Below, in pieces: positions 1-10,962 of a stretch of DNA of 64,000 bases; positions within the stretch are counted from its first letter, which is position 1; the number at the start of each line of letters is the position of its first letter. Position numbers and translations under genes: made by a program. The notes below the pieces were generated by a model. That model worked only from the letters and a program-made list of their open reading frames with translations, was not told the DNA's origin and searched no databases. This DNA comes from Adineta vaga (Eukaryota; Animalia; Rotifera), in contig CP075496.1 in the NCBI GenBank assembly GCA_021613535.1, positions 9,858,001 to 9,922,000 of the forward strand, read 5' to 3'.

Positions 1-135
1 CTTTTATATGTTCCTGACTAACAACAAAGAAAAAATAATAATAATAAAACTATCAATGAAAATCATTTTCACTCTTTAAATATTCATGTATCATGATATA
101 TTCAAGCTAAAGGATCTTTCTAAGTTTGTTCAAAT

Positions 136-1080
136 TTAATTATAATGAAATGTTCGTCTTGTTTGCGATTGACAGCATATTAATTTTTTCAATGCTTTTA
201 TGAATTGTTTTCGAAATACATTTGATGAACAAATATAAATGAAGAAACTTGAATAATTACTCCAGAAAAGCATCTGAACAATATCATGCACTAAGTTCTC
301 TTTAGCTTGAATTATCAATGATTTCTGTTGTGTTTTTGTTAGAACTAAATAACATTTAAATATACCATAAGGTAATGAAGTCAATGTTGATTTAATTGAT
401 TGATATATGAACATTAACGTTAATTGTTCATTAATTCGACGAAGAGAAAATGATTTTGTCTGTGAACGTTGATAGAGACAATACGCATTTTTATATGTAA
501 GAAATCCAAAAATCATCATAAGAAATGAAGGAATAATACTATTAAACAAACAAATATATACTAATTGTACAAACATATCAAATGAATATTGACATGAATG
601 TGAACAGAAGAAAATCGGAATAGATATTACTGTCCAAAAACCTATGGTTGATATTATATTGCGAATAATATTACGATGACTACCGTGTCTCCATCGTGAA
701 TTATTTTTTGAACTTAAAATATATCGAAGCATAATAGCTAATGTAAGTAATGTTGCTGAAATAGTAGATAATACATATACAAGATAAGTTTTAATTTTGA
801 AAAAAAGAAGAGTTGTAATAATCCGATAGTAATGAAAACCATACTGTAGAATATATGGTAATAAACCAAGATTTAAATGCATAAAATCACAAACTGATGC
901 AATCAGAAGATAAAGTGAACATGCCCGACGATTATAGATCGATTGAGAAAACATTAACATGTTCATCAGAGTTCCATATATACATATTAAATATGATAAA
1001 CTACCACCATATTTAGCAAGTTGTTGGGATAGAAATGAATATTTTTCTATTAAATTGTAATCAGTTAGATTTGTCGTCAT
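136..1080 (-). CDS. Orphan rhodopsin-like 7TM receptor (GPCR), intronless
   Basis: 314 aa ORF with about seven hydrophobic segments; CSLYLLIASVCD in TM2, LRY at the DRY position, SFFIY..S..FR after TM7. Confidence 0.75.
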   Translation of the reverse strand: MTTNLTDYNLIEKYSFLSQQLAKYGGSLSYLICIYGTLMNMLMFSQSIYNRRACSLYLLIASVCDFMHLNLGLLPYILQYGFHYYRIITTLLFFKIKTYLVYVLSTISATLLTLAIMLRYILSSKNNSRWRHGSHRNIIRNIISTIGFWTVISIPIFFCSHSCQYSFDMFVQLVYICLFNSIIPSFLMMIFGFLTYKNAYCLYQRSQTKSFSLRRINEQLTLMFIYQSIKSTLTSLPYGIFKCYLVLTKTQQKSLIIQAKENLVHDIVQMLFWSNYSSFFIYICSSNVFRKQFIKALKKLICCQSQTRRTFHYN

Positions 1081-1849
1081 CTTGTCACACAGATGACGAG
1101 AAAGACAAGATAAATGATAATTGTGTCTAGATTATAGTTCTCTTCCTTTTGTCTCATCTGATGAAGAGTGACAAGAATCTTGGAAAAAAATCTGTACTTT
1201 ATTATTAGAAAAGAAAAATTATCTTAGAAAGAATTCCGGAGTGATAATTGAAGGTCGAACAAAAGCTTTCTAAAGAGAGTATACAAAGGATATACACTAT
1301 AGTTTAAATATCTCATCTTACATGAATTATAGAAGTTTGTTGTTCATTTAAAAAATGGCAGCAAATAATAAAATAAAGTTGGACCCGTTGAAGCTGAAAT
1401 AGATGACAAGTGCGTATTGATGCATATTCTTTAAAAAGACTGAAAATAACTTGTCCTCTAAAATAATCTTTTCTTAGCATATAAAGCTAAATTGTTAAAT
1501 TCATAGAAATCTTCGGTTTTGAAATATATATTTTTTGAATAGAATTTTTCATAAATACTAAAGACACCCTCGAAATTCATTGCAAGAGTGCCTTTCTTAG
1601 CAAAAAAGATTCTTTGTTATTTCTCCATATGGCCATAATAGAAGAACCGTGTTATATCGTAGAAAGATCAAAAAGACCTTAATAATATGAATCAGACTTA
1701 ATACGCATGTGTTTTTCTTTGCACACATACATAAAAAAAACATTTATTTTGACTCATGCAACGAAAGAAACCATACTATATCGCTGTTGATTATAAATAA
1801 CACATTTTTTTCATCTGTTAAATGCGTTATTTTTCTTCAAGTAGAAAGC

Positions 1850-3601
1850 ATGGATTTTGAATCATTAGTCAATGAACTTCTACTGGATTTATTTGAATAT
1901 TTCGATGGTATTAGTCTACTTCGTGCATTCTATGGTCTTAATTCTCGTTTGAATCAACTTCTTTTCCGTCATTTTCGTAGATATTATTTCGATTTTCGAT
2001 CAGTTTCAAAAGATAATTTTGATTTGATATGTCAAAAATATCTTCCGTCGATTGCTGATCGAATTATTTCGTTACATCTATCAGATGATGATGAAACACC
2101 TGATTTACCTGAGCTTTTTCTTTCTCGTGGTTTTACTTTTGATAATTTTCTTCATTTAAAATCATTGTCACTTTATTGTCTTCGTTCTCTTGATTTATTG
2201 AATCAAATTATTATTCAATGTCGTCATTTAGTCAATTTAATACAATTAAATATTACTAAATTCTACGTCAATTATGAAGAAACAATTGCTGTTAATTTAA
2301 TGAATAATATTTGGCGTTTAAATTTAATTCATTGCCATTTAGATAATTTCTATTCAGGTGGACAATGTTTCTTTGGTATTGAAATGGTTTGTACATCAAT
2401 GAAATATCTTTCTATTGAAAATATTTATTGTGATTTATCTGTTATTTATCATTTATTTCAATATACACCAAATCTTCGAAGGCTTTTAATCGCCAGTGAT
2501 TATTGTTCAGATGATCGATCATTCTATACAATGGGTTTATTTCTAACTACATTTAAACTTTCGTTTGAAGGTTCAATTTCATATTTGATAAATCTTTTTC
2601 AACATATGCCAAATTTATGTTATTTAACATTGAAAACATCAGATATTACCTTAAATGGCTATGAATGGGAAGATATTCTTTGTAATTATTTACCAAAAGT
2701 GAAAAATTTTCGATTAAAAATGAATTTTCATTTTGCTGAAAGTATTGAAAAAGACAAGCAAATCGATGAGTTATTAAATACTTATCGAACATATTTTTGG
2801 ATTGAACAACATCAATGGTTTGTTCAATGTGATTGGGATCCAAGTGATGTTTTTGATCGATTGATTCTTTATACTCTCCCATATACTTTCGATGATTTCT
2901 TCTATATCGATAGTGTCAAATCAAAATCAACCGTTCTAAATGATACGAAATATTTCCCATATGATCGTGTTAATACACTTCGATATTGTTATAATGCGAG
3001 TGTACCATTACATGATGATCCTATTTATAAAATATCTCAATTTGATAAAATTTGTAAGTTAAAACTTGATATTCCTTATAGTCTTAAATTTTGGTCATCC
3101 ATTTCCTCACTGGATTATTTGAAATCTCTCGATGTTACCATATATCAAGAATCTAGTCTTGTACAATTACAAACTTTATTGGATCGAATACCACACATCT
3201 ATTCTTTAACACTACGTTCTTCATTAAAATCATCGATACCGTTATCTCAAATGAATAGCAAACTATCCATTTGTCGTCTTGATCTTATGACAAAATCAGC
3301 ATTTCGTTTACGATATTACACCACTGAAGAATGTACTATATTGATTCATTCATCATTTGTTCGTCATTGTGAAGTTCTTTTAATTAGTGTCGAAGATCGA
3401 AAGATTATTTGTGATATTATAAAAACTATGAACAATCTTCGTGCTTTAACTTTTCAATGTGAAGATGATAAATGGAATTATTGTGAATCATCACTAACAA
3501 ATGATGAACTCATTCTATGGTTAATAGATTCTCTTCCATCGACATTCTTCATCAAGAGAGATAAAACTCAAACGTCGAAAATTCATCTATGGATTCGTTG
3601 A
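1850..3601 (+). CDS. F-box domain / degenerate LRR protein
   Basis: N-terminal F-box-like MDFESLVNELLLDLFEYF...LLRAFYGLNSRLN followed by L..L.L repeats; ATG at 1850 is in frame with ORF 1709..3601; paralogous to 30142..32064 and 32337..34310. Confidence 0.8.
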   Translation: MDFESLVNELLLDLFEYFDGISLLRAFYGLNSRLNQLLFRHFRRYYFDFRSVSKDNFDLICQKYLPSIADRIISLHLSDDDETPDLPELFLSRGFTFDNFLHLKSLSLYCLRSLDLLNQIIIQCRHLVNLIQLNITKFYVNYEETIAVNLMNNIWRLNLIHCHLDNFYSGGQCFFGIEMVCTSMKYLSIENIYCDLSVIYHLFQYTPNLRRLLIASDYCSDDRSFYTMGLFLTTFKLSFEGSISYLINLFQHMPNLCYLTLKTSDITLNGYEWEDILCNYLPKVKNFRLKMNFHFAESIEKDKQIDELLNTYRTYFWIEQHQWFVQCDWDPSDVFDRLILYTLPYTFDDFFYIDSVKSKSTVLNDTKYFPYDRVNTLRYCYNASVPLHDDPIYKISQFDKICKLKLDIPYSLKFWSSISSLDYLKSLDVTIYQESSLVQLQTLLDRIPHIYSLTLRSSLKSSIPLSQMNSKLSICRLDLMTKSAFRLRYYTTEECTILIHSSFVRHCEVLLISVEDRKIICDIIKTMNNLRALTFQCEDDKWNYCESSLTNDELILWLIDSLPSTFFIKRDKTQTSKIHLWIR

Positions 3602-4002
3602 TAAAAGAAAATAAATAACAATGTATGAATTCATTTATTGTAGTTTTCAACTTCAATTTGATACAAAAAATGAAAGAATATATATTTTGTACATTTGTCT
3701 TTCTCATTGATTTTGATGCACAGTTTCCAATACATAGAGAAAAATCTTCGCACATTTGCATCGTCATTAATATCTATGTGTTGCTCATCGTTCAATAACA
3801 TTCTCCCAGAATCTAAAGATACTTTTGAAACAAAGAAATAGATGTTTTTATTTTCAAAAAAGAATATTAGAATTTGATACCTATTAAGGTACTAGTGAAC
3901 TTATTCAAATCAAATGAAGTTTTCAATATTATAAGCTTCATTCATATCTAATCGAGGTCGATGAAAACATTTTGATTGGTGGCCGATCAATTTGTTGCAC
4001 AC

Positions 4003-4613
4003 TCAATTCGTCGCATATATATATATATATATATGAGAGCAAGAGAGATAGTGTGTGAGCGAATTGATAATTGAATTACACGATTTAAACTAACTTGTTA
4101 CTGATTGTATTGCTGACATAAGTATTTTCGTATAGATCTGCCAGTTCTACCGGATTGAAAGATAAATAGTTGGAAAAAAGGTATTTTGAAACAAGTATTT
4201 GAGAAGTGAGACATCGGAGATTAAAATCTAACTCATCTTTCCAACTGATCATAACTGAGAGTTCGCACAGAATTATAAATAAATTATCAAGGAAAAAACC
4301 TTTTGACAAAATGAGAGCAAGGTCTGTATCCTTCATTATTCTTAAGATTTTTACTACTTTTTCTCAGCATCAGACCAGTTACAATATTTTTTCTTGTTTT
4401 TGAAAGTGAAGTTTGAGATTTAGGACGTTCTCGTCAAACCAACTTGGTCTAATTATTGTATATCTTAGAAAGTTCATATGAAGCTTTTGAAATCAGTAAT
4501 ACATTCAGTATAACAACTTGCTATTAACAAGTTAGTTTAAATCCTGTAATTCAAGTATCGATTCGCTCTCATACTTGTCTCTCTTATTCTCATATATAAA
4601 TGCGAAGAATTGA
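4003..4613. mobile_element. MITE-like element with degenerate terminal inverted repeats of about 90-100 bp
   Basis: 4003..4100 (tcaattcgtcgcat...gagcgaattgataattgaattacacgatttaaactaacttgtta) matches the reverse complement of 4525..4613 with scattered mismatches; no transposase inside. Confidence 0.65.
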
Positions 4614-5047
4614 TCTAGTGCCATCATTCATTTATTTCAAAATAATTTATTAAATTCTTATTGTATGTACCGTTATTACGTTCATTTTGAAAATCAGTAT
4701 ATGAATGTTTAAAATTATTCCTTATTTTAAAGATTCAAACTGATGATTCATTTACTTCTTAAGAAAAGACAAAATATTCGAACGAAAATTGGATATCTAG
4801 CCATATCATCGAACGATTAGATACTTAAAAGAAGTGAACATGTATGGTATGTATTGATCATAATCTATAATTCCTTGACACCAGTTGTATTATTAGATTT
4901 GGCAAATAATGATATTTGGTTTCATAGTTCTTAGTTCAAAACCACATGTATTTGGGAGTAATGGATGAAATCTATCCGATTTCTATATTATATATCAATT
5001 CTTTATGGAAAATCAATGACAAAAAATGTTGATCGTAAGCTCAGTCA

Positions 5048-6554
5048 TTAAGATCGTTGATTTTCGATTTCGATTTCATGTATAATTTGATTGAAAATAT
5101 CCATAAAATCATTCATATCAACATGAATAGGCGCAGCATAATTTCCATGTCCTTTACATATCCAATAATGTTGTTCCAAATGAAGACTCATTTCTGCATA
5201 CATTTCGGGAAATGTCATTCCATCTGTATATCCAATTTCAACGACATGTGTTCCTGATATGATGCCCAAAGTATATTCATCATTCCAGCTCCATGAGGAC
5301 CAACAATAATACGAGCTCGACGAAATAAATCAATATGTTCACGAATATGTCCATGAGCTTCGAAAATTTCTAGATGAAGATCATTTGCTAATTTAGATTT
5401 ACTTAATGTAGATGTCATGAAGACAGCCATATTTGAATGTTCAATAATCGATCGTGTACCCCCATCTTTTCGTTTTATAAGTATAACACGATCTTTTTTA
5501 ATATCTGATTGGTGTTCATCGATAGCTAGAGCACGATGAACAAGTTGCATATCTGTTCGATCGTGAATATAATGAGAATTACTTGTATCGTGTATATAAG
5601 GCCAAGGCTCACTACGATAAACAATATGAGCATAATGGTACGAAGAAGTCTGTTTATCAAATGGAATTATGCGATCACGTGTAACAATACCTCGTTCGAT
5701 TAAAACATCGATTAAACCATCAGCAACACCACCTTTGGCTACAAGAACTTTCGCAGTTGTTGGTACAGTGGCAAGTAAACGTAATAAACGTGGTAATTGT
5801 TGAGGTGCAAAATGACCTGGTGCATGTAAATAATTTCCAATACTATCAATTAATTCAAAATATTGATATTTTTCTTCAATAGCTGGTATCTGACGAATAG
5901 GATCATTTCTACATTGATTGTTTGTCCATCGTTGAAGATGATAAGTAGCCCGTTCGGTAAAAATTGTTCCCGGTACGGCTGAATGACAAAAACCTGTATC
6001 AATATATGCATTAAAAACAGCAATTGTTACAAATCGTGTAGTCACTGGAAGCCAACGATCAAGTTCGACTTGTGATTTATTGCATAGAATCCAATCACGA
6101 TCGATATTCAATGCAGAACATGTTTTAGATAATGAACGTACACGAGGTACTGGATGAGGTATCAAATTAGGTAAACGTTTAACATTATCGACAATACAAC
6201 CTTGATTTGGATGAGAACGAAAGTAGACAAGAGCATCATTTACAACTACTGGCGAATCCGCTAGACATGTTAATGGCTGCGGTGAATGAAGTACTCGTCT
6301 TCGACATCGTTCGAAATCACCATTTTTATGCCAAGTCCATTGAAATAAATGACTAACATTATATCGTTTAACCCATTCTGGAATTTCCCATGGATGGGTT
6401 TGAATAGTTTTCGAATCAATTGTTCGTAGTGGTGCGAAGAGGCAATAGTCGATCGAAACTGGCATTTTGGTAAATGAAACACAAAATATTTGCCTATTGT
6501 ACCGAGAGAAAAGACGACCGTTATGAAAAGTAAAATGAAAGGCTTTCGTCGCAT
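5048..6554 (-). CDS. Glycosyltransferase family 61 (DUF563-type), type II membrane protein, with two frameshifts
   Basis: N-terminal anchor MRRKPFILLFITVVFSLG; GT61 signature IIVGPHGAGMMNILW continuing as GTHVVEIGY in another frame; frame breaks near 6466 (A run) and near 5259 (extra dinucleotide). Confidence 0.75.
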
Positions 6555-8828
6555 TTGTTACTTGTTGATATTAATAATAAAAAAATGAGATGCACGTTAT
6601 CAAAATATCAACATATATTTGAATAAAGTATTACTATCTGTATGAAGTTTCCGGTTGTCCATATTAATTCTAGAACAAAGATTGATTTAAAACTAATTTG
6701 TGAATAACAATTGGATATTGTCTCGTATTGTCCATTGAGAAAATAGACGTTTACGTTATCAAATGAATCTTTATCTTCTTTGAAATTCAGATGAAATACA
6801 AGTACAAAACGTTTTCACGCACTTTGTTCTTTTTTTACGAGATGATAAGGAAAAGAAAAAAAATGACATGTTTGCCCACTTCAGTATTATATTTGCTTTC
6901 AAAGTATAATCTATCATTTACCTCTCTTTTCTAAGCTCCGGTAGCGTAGAATCAACAAAAGATCGTTTCTTATTTTCATAGTACGACTAAGAGGAGCATA
7001 TTAATATATTTATACTGACATCACCCGCTCGCTCTTAGTTAATAGTACCATTCTCTGGTGTCTTTGTCTATTGACTCAATATTTTCATTTACATATCTTT
7101 ATCTTTATTTGGCAAAAAATCTCTTTTTGTACTCATCTTCATAACAAAAACTAATACAAACTATACCTTACTCATTCTCTTATAGTAATTCTTATATCTG
7201 CTTAGATGTAGTATTCTCATTTGAACAACTTATTTGTCGATAAATCTCTCGTGTTAAAGAAAATAAATATAAACTCATATTTTTCGTATCTCGATCTTTT
7301 GCTCAACAAGAGAAAAAGTATAAACTGCCGTCTCCTTCTCTTGACTATACGTTCTTCTTCTTGAATAATGCAATATCATCTCTAAAGTGATGGGAGAAAA
7401 TATTCTGATATCAATGTATCACGTTTGAGTTGTAACCCGAACCAATGAGTAGAAAAAGAAAAAGAATGAAAACTAAACGTGTATTATATAAAAAAGAATG
7501 CGAGAATAAAATATTCAAATTTTTGAAAGTTGAAAGATATAATAACACGACAGATTTCGAACATCGTACACTAAATAATCATCTATCCATCTTTTTTGAA
7601 ATCGCACGATACACTTATATACAATTATCTGTCTATTAATTTTTTTTTTCTAGTCACTGTATGTACAGTGTACCTTTTACAAATATAGTAGTAGTCACAA
7701 ATGCTTGCACATCTTTTTATGCAAATAAATTTTTATTGAGGGCGTGCTTTAAAAGTAGTTTTGTATAAATTTTATACCTTATAACAAGTACTACAGAACA
7801 CAATTTTTTGTCTTCGATTAGTTCCTCTTTAGAAGAATTAAGAGGCAAACATCTATTTTTCATGGATGTCATAAAATTCTTACGAAATTAAAATCCGTAG
7901 TTTAAAATTCTTTTGCTAAAAAATCGTTGGAGCTTAACATCAATATTTCTAGGTTTTTTGCGGGAAACTTAAAATGAAGTCCATCTGTAAATATTCTAAG
8001 TGTGAAGTCATCATATCTATATTGTCTGACCTATTGAAATGCTCCTCCTCATACTCAGATATCAGCACTTTTAGGTAAGAAATATCTATAATCATCTGTA
8101 CGAAGAAGAGACGTATTGTTGTTACAAATACTAATAAATGATACGTTGTCGATGAGCTCTCTTTGATTTTAATAACAATGATATCATTAGTTCGGTGAAT
8201 ATTATTGACTTAATAAATATTTTCCTGCTTTCACTAAAGGCACATGATCACCCATTTCCTCTTCAATAATTGACTGAATTTGTCTGCTTCAATTTATTAT
8301 TACTGTAACAGATGGTCCTGAGTGGAATATCTATTTAAAAATGAATGTGAGGAGCAGCTCGTATGCCTTTGCTATAGTAGTATACTACTTTTATATGACG
8401 ATCTTCTAAATCAAAAGTTGACCTCATGATTCAACGTAAATGTACAGAAACGAAAATAAATCATACTTTCATACAGTCAACGTGTTGAATAGCTAATATT
8501 CATGGAAAAGCAAAGTAAGTAATTGCTTTTGAAAAGCAAGAAAATGGTCACGCAAAAAATTTAATTGTGTGCAAGTTGTTTTTTTGACTACTACTCTATA
8601 TAATTGAACCTACAACAAGTAACATTTATCCCTTGGATTCGCTAACCTTTTTTTTGTGAGAAAACTAGGATAATATTCTCACCCTTGATATACTACGAAC
8701 AATCATTATTTTACATAACTTAAGCTCTCTTCTTTTATTGAATATTGAAAAAATTCGTTTCATTTTCTATCTCGATAAAATACATCAACAAACATTAACA
8801 GACACATAAAAGAGAAAATCAGATTATT

Positions 8829-8851
8829 TTCTTCTTCTTCTTCTTCTTCTT
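8829..8851. repeat. (CTT)n microsatellite
   Basis: Directly visible trinucleotide run. Confidence 0.8.
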
Positions 8852-9839
8852 GTTTTCAGTTATTGATGATGTTATAGAAATCGAATAAAACCCAAAGCTA
8901 GACATTATTATTAATGACTGAAAGAAAAATATTAGTCTAATTTGTTCTGTTATACTTGTAAGTTAATGTTTAGAGACGTATCTTATCCAGGTAGGAAATG
9001 CCACAAAGTTTTTCAATATTTAATAAAAGAAGAGAACTTAAATTATGTCATATACTGATTTAATCTTTCTACAAAGACAAGAGAATGCAAAAACCATGGT
9101 TCGTTGGCACAGAATTATTCTTATTATTGATGATCTGGTTTCTTATTTTAAGATTTGATGTCGATTCGTAACGCAGATATAATATCAATAAAAGAAACTA
9201 TGATACTTATCGATACATTATAACGATGAATAGAATTCAAAAACTACATTTAGATACCAAAGATATGTTTATATGAATTGAATACATTATTTCAAACGGA
9301 TTAATTATTGAATGCTTATTTGATTTAATTTATTAGCCGAGATTTATATTTTGTTGTTTAGAATAGATTATACTTTAATAAATGAAAGAAGTCGAAAATC
9401 CATTTCATTCATTCTATAGTTTCACAAAAATATGTTGATAGAGAACTTTAAAAGAGTAAAACGAAGTAAAATTGTTTCTTGTGTTAATTTTTTTTATTTA
9501 AGACAAGAAAGATTTGTGCAAATGAAGCAAATAATGTGATCAGATATATTTTTATTCGTTCGTGGAGATTTATAATGAATTGAGTTCTCTAGTTCTTACT
9601 CGTTATTTCTTCATTTTGTCAATAATATTTTACATGGAAACACGTGCAGAATGTCAATGAAGAAAGTCGGAAAGAAAATGACGTTCTCTTCTTCCGTTGA
9701 TCGAACAACAACACACTTCTGCAAACATGCATTATGATCCGTAATCAATTAATCTTCTAGCTCGAAATGAGTGTACAATTACTGAGTGAAAAACTATCGA
9801 ATTTATCAGGAGATCGATGTGTAGTTTTAACCTATTACG

Positions 9840-10750
9840 TCATATGAGTGAATGCAACCATCGACGAGACAAACAAGAAGTGCCAAGATATTCTAGCACA
9901 CTTAGAAAATGTATTCAACAATTTTAAAATATATACTCACCGAAGAATTGTATTCAATTTTTGACTCGTAACAACAGCGAGAAAGCATGTGCTATTACAT
10001 AGGGATCTTTATGTGAACAACTCGTTTCTGCTATTGATGATCTACCAAATCTAGAAACTATTTACATTTTCTGGGCTGATAAATCCAAACATACAGAATG
10101 GATCACGAAACGGATGAAAATCATCAGTATATATACTAATATTGAGAACATATGTGAAGCCCTTAGAATAGATATGCCTAATGATTCTCATATTTTAAAA
10201 GCACCATTTGCTTCAATTGATCATAATAGAAGTATTTGAATCGAAGATGAAATTCTTTTTTCGATGCATACCGTATATCGGATAGGCGAAATTAGATAAA
10301 TGTCTGAAGATCGCTGTCTTTATCAAGTCGAACTTGAAGTAACGAGTGAAAATGATGAACAACTTTGGATAGTTATGGAGCGTATTCGAAAAGAGATGCG
10401 AGGTGAGACAGAAGGGCAACATCTAGGTAATTTACTCCGTAAAATAGGTAATTTTGACAAAAGTGATAAAGCGATTGATTGTAATCAACTCGATGTGTGA
10501 AGAAGAGCAACGTGATAATCAAAGCACTGTTTTGTAACTAACTATAAATATTCACTTCAAATTAAAGAAAAGAATCTCTCCAGTAATCATCCTTCGTTGG
10601 CTACTTCCTACAATAACATTGCGTTCATCTACTATAATATGCAACAATATTCTACAGCACTAACGTATTTTGAACGCGCATTACCTAGGAATCATCATAA
10701 TCTGAAAAAAACTAGAAAAAAGTATTGACGAAGTCAAAAAGAAATTGAAA
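9840..10750 (+). pseudogene. Decayed ADP-ribosyltransferase-TPR gene
   Basis: Fragments across frames: GSLCEQLVSAIDDLPNLETIYIFW...IYTNIENICEAL; APFASI...EDEILFSMHTVYRIGEIR* (ART E-x-E strand); LYQVELEVTSENDEQL; TPR-like NHPSLATSYNNIAFIYYNMQQYSTALTYFERA. Contains stops, frameshifts and a deletion of most of the ART domain. Confidence 0.7.
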
Positions 10751-10962
10751 TTTTTATTTATCGAATACACCGAATATCATTTTCAGTAATGATAGAGTCT
10801 TTTCATTTTATTTCAGTTTTATTATATTTAGTTAAAAGGAGAATTTCAAAATTTTGATTAATCTGATCATTTCTAGAATAGTATTAGTAATAAGGTTAGA
10901 CATAGTTTGTGATTTTTATCGCATCAGATTTATTCATCAATGCAATTTGTATTCTGTCTCAT

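Noticed and set aside
4085-4403. Small ORFs inside the first inverted-repeat element as a transposase
   Set aside because: Too short, with no DDE or HTH motif.
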